IMG/VR virus record: IMGVR_UViG_3300010376_000109
Coordinates: 1 to 27,802 of that record
Reading direction: 5' to 3' (one strand)
Length of the DNA: 27,802 bases
Origin: a virus
Lineage: Duplodnaviria > Caudoviricetes
Shown here: one piece after another, positions 1-8,383 of the stretch
Position numbering within the stretch: position 1 is the first letter of the stretch
Layout: each line of letters begins with the position of its first letter
Notes under the pieces: model-generated
The model's database searches: none
Told to the model about the DNA's origin: nothing
Seen by the model: the letters and a program-made list of their open reading frames with translations, nothing else
Translations under genes and position numbers: made by a program

Positions 1-69
1 AATCTCGGCTGGCTCGGGGCGTTCTTCATTGCGCTCTCCGTGGTGCTCCACGGGGCGCACGCCGGATAG
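1..69 (+). CDS. 3' end of a possible small membrane protein (truncated)
   Basis: Frame 1 reads NLGWLGAFFIALSVVLHGAHAG* (hydrophobic) and ends TAG at 67-69. Confidence 0.35.
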   Translation, partial: NLGWLGAFFIALSVVLHGAHAG

Positions 70-832
70 CTGCTATCCCTGGTGCCGGTCGGGCCGGCAC
101 CTCCTGATCCTCGACGGCTTCCGTCGCGACGACGGCGCGATCCGCTGCCTGTCCTGCTACTACGAGCGGAAGCCGCTCGCGCCGCTGCCGGCATGGCCGG
201 TGCAGGTGCCGGTGGTATGGTCACCCTACTTGGCCTTGAGGACGATGATCCAAGCCGAGGGCAGGGCACTGCGGCGGACTCCCGAGGTTCACCATCGGGC
301 GGCTGCGATCAAGTATCTGGTAGAGGCACGCGCAGCGGCGCAGGCCCGGTTCCCCACGGCGCGGTGGTCATTTCGTGGGCAGTCGAAGGGCGGGCAATTC
401 ATGATGCCCTGCCCATCGTGTGGGCGATGGACGCATCGTTGGTGCGCTGGCAGTCGCTGGTGGGCATGTATGCAGTGTGCCGGGCTTGACCACTCGTCGC
501 AGCTGCTGTGGGCGGTGGCGGATTATCTCTGTGGCACACGGCTCGGGCTGACGGATAAACCAATGCGTGTGCTGAAACGCAAAATTTTACGTCGCATGAA
601 CGCACCAACTTTCGGAATCATGGCGATGATAGGATATGGGATCGCATCCGGCGTGCTGCTGGAGAAGCGGGATGTCACGCGACGCTTCCCGTCATATCGC
701 CTCCCGTGGGTGGCACCATCCTACGGGCCGCTCCGAGATCGTCTGTCTGTCTGTCACGCCGATGCGGTCTGGGACATGCAGGTCTGCCCCGAGGCGTACT
801 GGTCTCGTGTTGTGGTACAAAACGCTGGGTGA
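29..832 (+). CDS. Zn-finger hypothetical protein (start uncertain; frame open from window start)
   Basis: GGQFMMPCPSCGR...WWACMQCAGLDHSSQ double CxxC pattern, plus N-terminal CLSC. Confidence 0.55.
   Translation: MRSPWCSTGRTPDSCYPWCRSGRHLLILDGFRRDDGAIRCLSCYYERKPLAPLPAWPVQVPVVWSPYLALRTMIQAEGRALRRTPEVHHRAAAIKYLVEARAAAQARFPTARWSFRGQSKGGQFMMPCPSCGRWTHRWCAGSRWWACMQCAGLDHSSQLLWAVADYLCGTRLGLTDKPMRVLKRKILRRMNAPTFGIMAMIGYGIASGVLLEKRDVTRRFPSYRLPWVAPSYGPLRDRLSVCHADAVWDMQVCPEAYWSRVVVQNAG
741..821 (+). promoter_or_regulatory. CTGT-box promoter module copy 0
   Basis: GTCTGTCTGTCTGTCA 741-756; TGTGG-TACAAA (-10-like 816-821); lies within ORF 29..832. Confidence 0.4.
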
Positions 833-839
833 TTTTTCC

Positions 840-955
840 GTCTGTCTCGATTGGCACTTTTTCGATAATGAGGCAAAAATAAGTATTGCTTTCCGCCGAC
901 GAGGTATGATATGGTCAATTCGTAAAGCCGCTCGATAGGGCGGCAGCAAGGAGGA
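840..955 (+). promoter_or_regulatory. CTGT-box promoter module copy 1 (ParB-like operon)
   Basis: GTCTGTCTCGATTGGC 840-855; TTGCTT 886-891; TATGAT 905-910 or TGn-TATGGT 907-915; hairpin at about 927-943; SD GCAAGGAGG. Confidence 0.65.
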
Positions 956-961
956 CTGGTT

Positions 962-1846
962 ATGGCGACCAAGCATCGCCCCGCCCTGCGAGCAGCAGCG
1001 GCGGGGCACCCCGCTATTGGGGATACGATCGATGTCGAGATCGCGTCCCTGCAGGTTCCGTTCTACGTCCGGCGCAAGCTGGACGACGGTTGGACGCTTC
1101 AGCTGGCCGAGTTGATGGAGAACGGGACGACCCTGCCGCCGATCAAGGTGATCGGGGCAAATCGGTTGGGCTGGCAAGTGCGTGATGGCCGGCATCGCAT
1201 CGAAGCGCATAGACTGCTCGACCGCAAGCACATCAAGGCAGTCGTTGTTGCGCCGGCCAAGGACGAGGTGGGCGAGATTAGCGCCGCGTACAATGACAAT
1301 GCCGGTGGCGCGCTCCCGCCCTCGAAGGAGGACATGGCGCACACGATCACGCTGCTGCTTGGGCACGGGCTCAAGCCGCACGCGATCGCGGCGCTTATTC
1401 CGACGTTCCCGCAGTCACTGGTGCGCAAGTACGTGGACACCATTCACAACCGGGAGAAGCAGGCGCGGTTGCGGGAAGCTGTCGGTGCGGTGGCGGACGG
1501 GGAGTTGAATGCACCGCAGGCAGCAGAAAAGTACGGTGTCGATCTGGATCAGCTGCGCCGGGCGATTGGCGGGAAGAAGAAGGCCAGTGTGGCGCGTGCG
1601 GCCGAGGTGGTGCGCGGGCTGCAGCAGCGGGCGCTTTCCTACTCACAGACCAATGCGCAGCTGATGAAGAAGCAGGTCGAAGGCTTCCTCGATGGCGACA
1701 TTACCGGGCACCAGCTGGACGTCGTGGTGAAGCGGCTGATCGACGCGACCAAGCGGACGTGGGTGTCGGCGCAGGGCTGGCAGGCACGCATCGAGGACGC
1801 GAAGAAGCAGCGGGCGCGGCTGGCGAACGTGCGTGAGGACGACTGA
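962..1846 (+). CDS. ParB/Srx N-terminal-domain protein with C-terminal HTH and helical tail
   Basis: LPPIKV...VRDGRHRIEAH ParB-like motif; HTH-like LNAPQAAEKYGVDLDQLRRAI; strong SD. Confidence 0.8.
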   Translation: MATKHRPALRAAAAGHPAIGDTIDVEIASLQVPFYVRRKLDDGWTLQLAELMENGTTLPPIKVIGANRLGWQVRDGRHRIEAHRLLDRKHIKAVVVAPAKDEVGEISAAYNDNAGGALPPSKEDMAHTITLLLGHGLKPHAIAALIPTFPQSLVRKYVDTIHNREKQARLREAVGAVADGELNAPQAAEKYGVDLDQLRRAIGGKKKASVARAAEVVRGLQQRALSYSQTNAQLMKKQVEGFLDGDITGHQLDVVVKRLIDATKRTWVSAQGWQARIEDAKKQRARLANVREDD

Positions 1847-1847
1847 C

Positions 1848-2150
1848 ATGGCGAAGAAACTGACGCCACGCGAGGAAATCATCGCACGGGCACTCGATGT
1901 GTTGGCGAGCGTGAGCAAGGATCGGTTAACACTCGCGGTGAGCGCTAAGCCGCAGAGTAGTGTGTTGGTTAATCCTTTCGCCTTCGGCCGATTGGCTGTC
2001 GAGATGGAGAAAGTGTACCCCGGCGCGATTGCGCATGTGCGGGAGGCAGGGTTAGCGGCGCGGCGGGAGTACATCGAACGCATGGAGCAGGAGAAGGCGG
2101 CGAAGCATGCGGCCTACCTCGCAGCCAAGGAGAAAGGAGAGGTGGAGTGA
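1848..2150 (+). CDS. hypothetical protein (100 aa)
   Basis: ATG 1848 just after the ParB stop, GAGG SD; MAKKLTPREEII... Confidence 0.7.
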   Translation: MAKKLTPREEIIARALDVLASVSKDRLTLAVSAKPQSSVLVNPFAFGRLAVEMEKVYPGAIAHVREAGLAARREYIERMEQEKAAKHAAYLAAKEKGEVE

Positions 2151-2260
2151 TCCACACCTGCCGGCGCTGTCACAAGGCGCTCGATGATGACCACGGCCAG
2201 ATTCCTCCGGACGCATTGTGCGAGTGTCCGGGCGGCCCACCGGAGGACGACGATGAGTAG
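2147..2260 (+). CDS. 37-aa Zn-ribbon-like microprotein
   Basis: GTGA overlap with upstream stop, GGAGAGG SD; MIHTCRRCHKALDDDHGQIPPDALCECPGGPPEDDDE. Confidence 0.55.
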   Translation: MIHTCRRCHKALDDDHGQIPPDALCECPGGPPEDDDE

Positions 2261-2369
2261 ACGCCGCCGGGCGACCATCCGCAAACCCCCGCCGCCGACC
2301 CCTCGGAAGCGGGACAAAAAGAAACGCCTGTCTGTCTCTCCAAACGCAGCGCAGAAATCCGAGAAATAA
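2253..2369 (+). CDS. 38-aa very basic peptide
   Basis: GGAGGA SD; MSRRRRATIRKPPPPTPRKRDKKKRLSV...; overlaps the next promoter box. Confidence 0.35.
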   Translation: MSRRRRATIRKPPPPTPRKRDKKKRLSVSPNAAQKSEK

Positions 2370-2459
2370 TTTGCGGAAAATACCCGGTGTGGTATACTCA
2401 GGGCGTGGCAGCGAAATGGGCCGCTGCCACGATTTCCCTTCCAGCCCGCGCAAGGAGAT
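2327..2459 (+). promoter_or_regulatory. CTGT-box promoter module copy 2 (DUF932 operon)
   Basis: CCTGTCTGTCTC 2327-2338; TTGCGG 2371-2376; TGTGG-TATACT (-10 2393-2398); 10-bp hairpin CGTGGCAGCG/CGCTGCCACG; GCAAGGAG SD. Confidence 0.75.
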
Positions 2460-3626
2460 ATGGCGATGAGCGAAGTGTACGTGTCTGAACCGAGCACGCA
2501 GTATTTCATGCGTCCTCGGGACCAGCGGTTCGAGGATCTGCCGTCGCTCAAGGCGATGGTGGAGAATCGCCGCAGCGTGGCGCGCACGTTCGACGTGCCG
2601 CTGGAGAAACTCACGGTCGAGACGGCGCAGTACGTGAAGCCGGGCGCGACCAACGGCGGGAAGCCGGCGATCTTCTTCAACGCGCCGTCGTCCCCGTTCT
2701 CTCTGCTCCCGACGCATTGGTCGTTCGGGCAGATGTGCAGCCGCGCGCTCGCGCCGGCTGCGTACCTCCGCCAGCTGAGCATGGACCTGGCGGTGCAGTG
2801 CTTGCGCGAGGGCTACGCGAAGCGCGCGGCGGATCAGGAAGGCGATACGCGGTTGCTCGCGCAGCCGGTGTTCGGTGTGGACGGGGCGGAAGACGATGAT
2901 ACCTGGGAGCTACGCAGCGGGACCAGCACCAGCTACGGACGCATCTGGGACATCGAGGTGGTGGAGTTGGTGGAGCGGATCATCGATGCCACAGGCGGCA
3001 AGTTCCAGAATCCGCTGGTGTGGGAGACGAAGCAGGACGGCACGCACAAGCGTGGCGGGTTGTACGGATCCGATCGCGACGTTTTCATGTTCTTCGTGGA
3101 CGGCGGGTCGATCGTGGACGGGGGCGGCGATCGCGATCAGCTGCACCGGGGCTTCTACGTGTGGAATAGCGAGGTGGGCGCAGCGACCTTCGGCATCGCC
3201 TGCTTCCTGTTCCGGGGCGTGTGCGGGAATCACCAGATCTGGGGCGCGGAGCAGCTGACCGAGTTGCGTATCCGGCATACGCTGAATGCGCCGGATCGCT
3301 TCGTCGCGGAGGCCGGGCCGGCGCTCAAGGAGTACGTGAATCAGCCGGCGGCACCGCTGGAGGCGAAGATCCGGCAGGCGAAGGCGTTCGAGATCCCCGG
3401 TGCGCCCGACCAGTCGAAGCTGATCGAATTTGGGAAGAAGCACGACTTCACGGGATCGGAAATCAAGCTGGCGATCGCATACGCGCAGCGTGAGGAAGGC
3501 GGGGACGTCGTGAACCTGTGGACGCTGATGCAGGGCTTGACCGCATCGGCGCGGGACATGGCGTGGATCGACTCGCGGGTCGATCTGGAGCGGCGCGCGG
3601 GCAAGCTGATGAAGCTGGCCGCGTGA
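2460..3626 (+). CDS. DUF932-family protein
   Basis: Motifs RPRDQRF, YGRIWDIEVV, LYGSDRDVFMFFVD, RGFYVWNSEVGA, VCGNHQIWG, IRHT match DUF932 proteins of ICEs/phages as recalled. Confidence 0.8.
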   Translation: MAMSEVYVSEPSTQYFMRPRDQRFEDLPSLKAMVENRRSVARTFDVPLEKLTVETAQYVKPGATNGGKPAIFFNAPSSPFSLLPTHWSFGQMCSRALAPAAYLRQLSMDLAVQCLREGYAKRAADQEGDTRLLAQPVFGVDGAEDDDTWELRSGTSTSYGRIWDIEVVELVERIIDATGGKFQNPLVWETKQDGTHKRGGLYGSDRDVFMFFVDGGSIVDGGGDRDQLHRGFYVWNSEVGAATFGIACFLFRGVCGNHQIWGAEQLTELRIRHTLNAPDRFVAEAGPALKEYVNQPAAPLEAKIRQAKAFEIPGAPDQSKLIEFGKKHDFTGSEIKLAIAYAQREEGGDVVNLWTLMQGLTASARDMAWIDSRVDLERRAGKLMKLAA

Positions 3627-3865
3627 TGGTGCGGTGGGTGGTGCTGGTGGTGTGCACGGCGACGGTGGCGTTTGCGCAGACGCCATCGCCGCCGCGCGGG
3701 TATCAACCTCCGCCGCTGTTCAACTGGCAGCAGCCGCCATCGTATCCGGCGGACGTGCAGGGTCAGCAGCAGCAGCTGCTGCAGCAGCAGCTGGAAATGC
3801 AATTGCTGAATCGCTTGTTCGAGCAGGGCGACCAACCGTTACTCGACGGAGATCGTGACGACTAA
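3626..3865 (+). CDS. secreted Pro/Gln-rich small protein (79 aa)
   Basis: TGATG coupling; signal peptide MVRWVVLVVCTATVAFA-Q; QQQQLLQQQ tract. Confidence 0.65.
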   Translation: MVRWVVLVVCTATVAFAQTPSPPRGYQPPPLFNWQQPPSYPADVQGQQQQLLQQQLEMQLLNRLFEQGDQPLLDGDRDD

Positions 3866-3885
3866 CAGAGCAAGGAGAACAAATC

Positions 3886-4167
3886 ATGTACGAGAAAACA
3901 TGGACCGATCAGCCGGCGGCCGTGTTGCAGGCAGAACCCGTGGCATCTGTGCGCGTGGGCGGCGCACGCCGTATTGAAATCCGGGCGGAGTCTGCAGGCA
4001 GCTACTTGCTGACCATCGGCACGCTGTTCGGCTCGCAGACGCTACGCTGCCCCGATGCACGGGCGGCGTTCCGCATGCTGGGCCGGGCAGCGGAGTTGTC
4101 GGAGCAGAAGAAAGTCGAACCCGAGAAACCCCCAGCGGGCTGCGTCCTGCTGGACGAAACCGCTTAG
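3886..4167 (+). CDS. hypothetical protein (93 aa)
   Basis: GCAAGGAG SD, ATG. Confidence 0.7.
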   Translation: MYEKTWTDQPAAVLQAEPVASVRVGGARRIEIRAESAGSYLLTIGTLFGSQTLRCPDARAAFRMLGRAAELSEQKKVEPEKPPAGCVLLDETA

Positions 4168-4241
4168 TAAGCCCGGAGAGCCCCGCATTCCCCGGGCAAG
4201 GCCCCCGACCAGGGGTCGGCGGTTTACGGGGCTCTCTGGGC
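4162..4241. repeat. GAGAGCCCC-armed hairpin element, copy A
   Basis: 15-bp arms GCCCGGAGAGCCCCG 4171-4185 / CGGGGCTCTCTGGGC 4227-4241; similar to reverse complement of 7802-7890. Confidence 0.8.
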
Positions 4242-4266
4242 GTCTCAGACGCAAGGAGAGGCATCT

Positions 4267-4662
4267 ATGGCGACACTCCGGCTCTCTCCGTTCCATCCAT
4301 CGGGCTGCAAGGGAACGGAAGCGCAGTGCCAGGCGATGGTGCGAGCGCTCAAGGCAGCCGCGCGTGCGAGCAAGCCACCGGGCTATACGTGGAACTGGTG
4401 GCACAGTCAGACCGGCAAGCCGCGCGTGATTCAGACGGGACCGATTCGCGACTGGCGGTACCCGTCGCCCGCGTACAAGGACGGGCGCGCATGGGCTGGC
4501 GTAGACCGCGCCAGCTACGAGGCGTGCATCGAGGAATGGGAGCAGGGCACGCATCCCTGGACCCGGCGCACGCCAGTCGCATCCGAGACACCAGTCGCGC
4601 AGCTGGTGTCGGTAGTCATTCGCGCAAGGAGAAAGGACGATGGCACATACGGTACGGCGTGA
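4267..4662 (+). CDS. hypothetical Trp-rich protein (131 aa)
   Basis: GCAAGGAGAGG SD, ATG. Confidence 0.65.
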   Translation: MATLRLSPFHPSGCKGTEAQCQAMVRALKAAARASKPPGYTWNWWHSQTGKPRVIQTGPIRDWRYPSPAYKDGRAWAGVDRASYEACIEEWEQGTHPWTRRTPVASETPVAQLVSVVIRARRKDDGTYGTA

Positions 4663-4798
4663 GAGAGCAGAAGAACGCGAGTGGTCGGTGGAAACCAACG
4701 ACAGCGGCCACCCGCAGCAAGTGCACACGCGCACCCCGCGTGAGGAACGACAGCACCGGGATCGCATGGACCGGTGGGCACGGAGGCAAGGAGATTGA
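4640..4798 (+). CDS. 52-aa charged protein
   Basis: AAGGAGAAAGG SD; MAHTVRRERAEEREWSVETND...; stop 2 nt before the next ATG. Confidence 0.55.
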   Translation: MAHTVRRERAEEREWSVETNDSGHPQQVHTRTPREERQHRDRMDRWARRQGD

Positions 4799-4800
4799 CC

Positions 4801-5049
4801 ATGGCAATCGATGAGACTGAGGGTTTTCGCCGCGCAGAGGTTGCGCGTATCAATAGCGAAGCTGCCGAGCGCGAGGCACTGGAAACGCGTTACGGCGCAG
4901 TCTGGGATACTCACCAGCTGCAGGAGGACTTTACGGTCGAGGGCTTTGCGGCACCGTACGTGGTAGTCCGGCGCAAAGCAGACGGCGTCAAAGGTTCGCT
5001 GGAGTTTCAGCATCATCCCCGCTTCTACTTCAATTTCCAGGTGACATGA
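4801..5049 (+). CDS. conserved phage/MGE hypothetical protein (82 aa)
   Basis: GCAAGGAG SD; VWDTHQLQEDFTVEGFAAPYVVVRRKADGVKGSLEFQHHPRFYF resembles a conserved small family. Confidence 0.75.
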   Translation: MAIDETEGFRRAEVARINSEAAEREALETRYGAVWDTHQLQEDFTVEGFAAPYVVVRRKADGVKGSLEFQHHPRFYFNFQVT

Positions 5050-5279
5050 TGACGCTGCGAGATCAATTCGCGATGGCCGCGCTCGCTGGCACCTTCGCGC
5101 GCTCGTTTCATTTCAACGTGCAAACCGTGGTCGCTGATGCGTACGAAGCGGCTGACTTGATGCTGCTCGAACGCGAGCGCTCGCCAGAAGAACGTGCTGC
5201 GTCGCAGGATGCCCGGCGTGCATTGCGCCGGCAACAGGGCTGGGATGAGCCCGTAATCATCCGGAAGGAGAGAAAATGA
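5046..5279 (+). CDS. phage protein with MTLRDxFA motif
   Basis: ATGA overlap; MTLRDQFAMAALAG...AYEAADLML is a common phage small-protein motif. Confidence 0.75.
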   Translation: MMTLRDQFAMAALAGTFARSFHFNVQTVVADAYEAADLMLLERERSPEERAASQDARRALRRQQGWDEPVIIRKERK

Positions 5280-5398
5280 GTGCCTGGATGGTGAGTAAAG
5301 AACACGTTGACGCGATGGTGACGGTGTACTTGTCCCTGCAAGACACGCGTTACCCTTGCCGTACCGCGCTTCGAGACTGCGGATGGGACACGCGATGA
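5276..5398 (+). CDS. 40-aa ORF, possibly a truncated phage gene
   Basis: AAGGAG SD, ATGA overlap; MSAWMVSKEHVDAMVTVYL... Confidence 0.5.
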   Translation: MSAWMVSKEHVDAMVTVYLSLQDTRYPCRTALRDCGWDTR

Positions 5399-5475
5399 GC
5401 GGGCCAGAAGCAGCGGCTATCGCGCTCGTCGTCGTGATCCTGATCGTCCGGCTGCTCGGACGCTTCGTGCCCTAA
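5395..5475 (+). CDS. 26-aa single-TM micropeptide
   Basis: ATGA overlap; MSGPEAAAIALVVVILIVRLLGRFVP. Confidence 0.5.
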   Translation: MSGPEAAAIALVVVILIVRLLGRFVP

Positions 5476-5477
5476 CC

Positions 5478-5596
5478 CTGTCCTGTCTGTCTGTCCTTTC
5501 ACGAGCCCGGTGGCTTCGCAGCTGCCGGGCTCGTGTCATTTCCGGCTGTGCTACACTAGCCAATCGCGGGAATTTCCCTGCGCAAGGAGGTTCGAT
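5478..5596 (+). promoter_or_regulatory. CTGT-box promoter module copy 3
   Basis: CTGTCCTGTCTGTCTGTCC 5478-5496; TGTGC-TACACT (-10 5552-5557); hairpin CGCGGGAATTTCCCTGCG; GCAAGGAGG SD. Confidence 0.75.
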
Positions 5597-5851
5597 ATGG
5601 CAATGTTCGATCTGGGCATCGTAAGCGTCGAGCGCACGACGCTGCACTTCGCGTGCGGCTGTGGCTACGACGGGAACGCGGGCTATGGCGAGCAAGGCGT
5701 GTTCATTTACGCGCTCGTCACTTGCCCGCAACGGCATTTCAGCAAGATGGTGGACCGGCAGAACTACCGGGAGCACCTCGCCACGCACAAGCGCAGGCGG
5801 CGTAAGTGCCAGTGGTGCAACGGCGCAGCTGCGCCAGCGGAGGCAGCATGA
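5597..5851 (+). CDS. small Cys/His-rich (Zn-binding) protein (84 aa)
   Basis: CGCG, CPQRH, CQWC motifs; strong SD. Confidence 0.7.
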   Translation: MAMFDLGIVSVERTTLHFACGCGYDGNAGYGEQGVFIYALVTCPQRHFSKMVDRQNYREHLATHKRRRRKCQWCNGAAAPAEAA

Positions 5852-6048
5852 AACGCGAGGTGGAAACCAATCTGATCGGCACGCGCGTGCGGTTCCACGA
5901 CGTGCCCAACGAAGCCATTTCCCAGAAGCTGGGCACCATTCGCGGCGTCTATAAGGACAAGGATCATCGCGTGGTGTTCATGGTGCAGCTGGAAGACGGG
6001 ACGCTGATCGACTACGCGAGCCCGGGTTTCTTCATGGTGCTGCCATGA
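5848..6048 (+). CDS. 66-aa small beta-barrel-like protein
   Basis: GGAGG SD, ATGA overlap; IGTRVRF...GTIRGVY...FMVQLEDG. Confidence 0.65.
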   Translation: MKREVETNLIGTRVRFHDVPNEAISQKLGTIRGVYKDKDHRVVFMVQLEDGTLIDYASPGFFMVLP

Positions 6049-6251
6049 ATGTCCCGGAGTATCCATCGGACTACATGATGTTCCGCCCACTCAGTGAAGC
6101 GGAGCACAAAGAGTTTCGCGAGTACGCACGCGATCACGACCCGCCCAAGAACGACACCTGGCAAATCTACCATCCCGTCTGCCGCGCGATCTGGACGGCA
6201 CGCGGGCTGTGCCCGGAGGACAAGCAAGTCCCGCGCGAGAATCCAACGTGA
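6045..6251 (+). CDS. hypothetical protein (68 aa)
   Basis: ATGA overlap; FRPLSEAEHKEFREYAR...YHPVCRAIW. Confidence 0.65.
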   Translation: MNVPEYPSDYMMFRPLSEAEHKEFREYARDHDPPKNDTWQIYHPVCRAIWTARGLCPEDKQVPRENPT

Positions 6252-6613
6252 CCCGCTTCCTGTTCGTCGGTGAGCAGCGCTCGCCGCGTGCGAAGCGGCT
6301 CGGCGTCCGGCTGCAGGATGGCCGGCTCGCCGGGCGTTCGCTGTTCGACGCCTTGATCGTGTGTGACATCGACCCGCTCGTGCAGCTGTACTGCAATCTG
6401 TTCGAGCGCGGTGGGGCAGCGCGCGTGCGATGCGCGCTGCAGGACGGACTGATCGTGGTTGCCCTTGGGCAGAAGGTTCAAGCGAAGCTGACGCGTGCGA
6501 AGATTCCGCATTACGCGTTAGTGCATCCCGCTGCGCGCGGTCGGATTCGTCGCAAGCGCCGGTACGCTGCGCATGTGCGCCGCGTGCTCGGGCGTGCGCG
6601 ATCGGCCGCGTAG
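6248..6613 (+). CDS. minimal uracil-DNA glycosylase-superfamily protein (121 aa)
   Basis: GTGA overlap; FLFVGEQ (motif A-like), IVVALGQKV, LVHPAAR (motif B-like). Confidence 0.65.
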   Translation: MTRFLFVGEQRSPRAKRLGVRLQDGRLAGRSLFDALIVCDIDPLVQLYCNLFERGGAARVRCALQDGLIVVALGQKVQAKLTRAKIPHYALVHPAARGRIRRKRRYAAHVRRVLGRARSAA

Positions 6614-6615
6614 CA

Positions 6616-6754
6616 TCTGTCTGTCTCGATTGGCCGGCTGCTGCGCTCGCGGCAGCGGCAGCCGGCTCCCGAGGCAGTGTGCTAGGATCGCTCAGCGCCG
6701 GGAATTCCCTCGGCGCTTAACAACCCGCGCGACCACGCGGGAAAGGAGACTGCA
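6616..6754 (+). promoter_or_regulatory. CTGT-box promoter module copy 4
   Basis: GTCTGTCTCGATTGGC 6619-6634 is identical to 840-855; TGTGC-TAGGAT (-10 6683-6688); hairpin AGCGCCGGGAATTCCCTCGGCGCT; AAGGAG SD. Confidence 0.75.
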
Positions 6755-7570
6755 ATGCAGGGAGAGTATCTTAGCAAGTTCCAGCGCGCGCTCTTGGCGG
6801 CCTACGTCGTCAATGGCGCGGAGTGGCTGGACGATCACGCGCCCGCTGGATGGGCTGACTTGCTGCTCGGCTACTTGCCGGGCATCGACATCAGCGACGC
6901 CAGCGCGTGCATCGTGGGCACGCTCGTGAAGACGCGCTTCTTCGACGGCGTGAACCACACGGTCAACCCGGAGTGCGCGGGGACGACCTTCAGCGGCTTT
7001 CTGGAGCGCTACGGGTTGTACCACACGCAAGCGCAGCACGGGTTCAATAGCCCGAGCAGTGAGGCCGACAGCGCGTTCGGCTTGGAGTGGCGCGACTCGC
7101 AGGTGTGGTCAGTGCTCATGGAGTGCTGGCGACACGAGATCATCACGCGCGTGACGCCGGTCAGTGTGGCCGGCGCGATCGGGCGCGCGGAAGGGCAGCT
7201 AATCGATCTGCGGCGCGTCGCAGGCGAGAAGGAGACCGTGTACGGCGAGAAGTCGCAGACGGTCAACGATCTGCAGAAGCAGCGCAACGCGATGGCCGCC
7301 GAGGTGCACCGCGTGCGCGGCGCATTCGACGAGGCTGCGCAGGCGGCTGCCGACGCGGAGGCGGAGGTGGAGCGCGCGCAGAAGGCGCTCAACAAGTTCG
7401 ATGCGACGTTCAGCAACGCCGAGGCGGAGCAGTACGACGCGCGCGACGAGTACCAGACGGCGATGCAGCAGCTGCGCGAGGCGGAATCCGCCAAGACGCA
7501 GCTGGAGAGCCACTACGCGCGGGCTGGCATCCCGGGCTGGCTGACGCTCGATCCCGAGCCCGAGGTCTAG
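6755..7570 (+). CDS. hypothetical protein with long C-terminal coiled coil
   Basis: SD AAGGAG; A/E/Q-rich heptads in the C-terminal half. Confidence 0.75.
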   Translation: MQGEYLSKFQRALLAAYVVNGAEWLDDHAPAGWADLLLGYLPGIDISDASACIVGTLVKTRFFDGVNHTVNPECAGTTFSGFLERYGLYHTQAQHGFNSPSSEADSAFGLEWRDSQVWSVLMECWRHEIITRVTPVSVAGAIGRAEGQLIDLRRVAGEKETVYGEKSQTVNDLQKQRNAMAAEVHRVRGAFDEAAQAAADAEAEVERAQKALNKFDATFSNAEAEQYDARDEYQTAMQQLREAESAKTQLESHYARAGIPGWLTLDPEPEV

Positions 7571-7828
7571 ATGCTCCGCTGCATCGCGCTGCTCCTGCTC
7601 TTGGCAGGCGCAGCGTACGCGGTGGGAGACGACCCGCTCACGGACAAGTGCACGGAAGCCGTGTGCGGGCAGCGCTGGTTTTGCGGCTCGTGGAGCAAGC
7701 TCTGCACCGCAATGAAAATCCTGGCAGACCGTGAAGACTGCCAGTACCAGCGCTCCCCGGACCCTGACGATTGCGTGGCGTGGATCCGCCGACACTGGAT
7801 TCCCCAGAAGCCCGCAGCGTCCCGCTGA
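7571..7828 (+). CDS. secreted Cys-rich small protein (85 aa)
   Basis: Signal peptide MLRCIALLLLLAGAAYA; 6 Cys in the mature part. Confidence 0.65.
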   Translation: MLRCIALLLLLAGAAYAVGDDPLTDKCTEAVCGQRWFCGSWSKLCTAMKILADREDCQYQRSPDPDDCVAWIRRHWIPQKPAASR

Positions 7829-7890
7829 CGCCCGGTCTGGCGTCCTACCCTTGCCCCGGGGAGTCGCGTGGCTCTCCGGGGCTCCTAAGC
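7802..7890. repeat. GAGAGCCCC-armed hairpin element, copy B (inverted relative to A)
   Basis: Reverse complement reads GCTTAGGAGCCCCGGAGAGCCACGCGACTCCCCGGGGCAAGG..., versus copy A GCTTAGTAAGCCCGGAGAGCCCCGCATTCCCCGGGCAAGG. Confidence 0.75.
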
Positions 7891-7909
7891 CCAACGAAAG
7901 GCATTCCTG

Positions 7910-8383
7910 ATGACTACCCTGTTCGAGTTTCTGCGGCTGCTCAGCGCCGCACTCAAGTCCAAGCTGTTCGTGCGCGATAACGCGGGCAGCGAAACCCGCC
8001 GCATGTTCCGCTTCCGCTTCGCCTCCGAGGCGGCAGCGCGCGCGTGTGGCTGCACGAGCGACGATTGGGAGACCGCCGAATTCTGCCCCATCACGCTCGT
8101 GCATACGTGGCTCGGCTACGGCTGCGTCGAGAGCCCCGGCAACTACCGCACGCCAGCGGAGCGCATTGGGCTCTCGCACGAGGTGCGCGAGCACATCGTC
8201 GAGGTGGCTGATGTCGCCCTGCATACATACAGCGAGGCGCAGGACAAGCTGTTGTCACCTGACGAATTCTACTATGGCGTGTACGTTCCCCAGCGTCTGA
8301 CGCTGGATTCTCTCGCGCAGGACGCCGGCATGGACGGGCTCTACAGCGGCGCGCAGGCATGGTCCGGACCCTCCGATTCCTAG
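7910..8383 (+). CDS. hypothetical protein (157 aa)
   Basis: AAAGG SD; FCPITLV...AERIGLS...IVEVAD. Confidence 0.65.
   Translation: MTTLFEFLRLLSAALKSKLFVRDNAGSETRRMFRFRFASEAAARACGCTSDDWETAEFCPITLVHTWLGYGCVESPGNYRTPAERIGLSHEVREHIVEVADVALHTYSEAQDKLLSPDEFYYGVYVPQRLTLDSLAQDAGMDGLYSGAQAWSGPSDS

Noticed and set aside
4162-4241. Hairpin elements as integron attC sites or terminators
   Set aside because: No RYYYAAC/GTTRRRY ends, no integrase, no U tract
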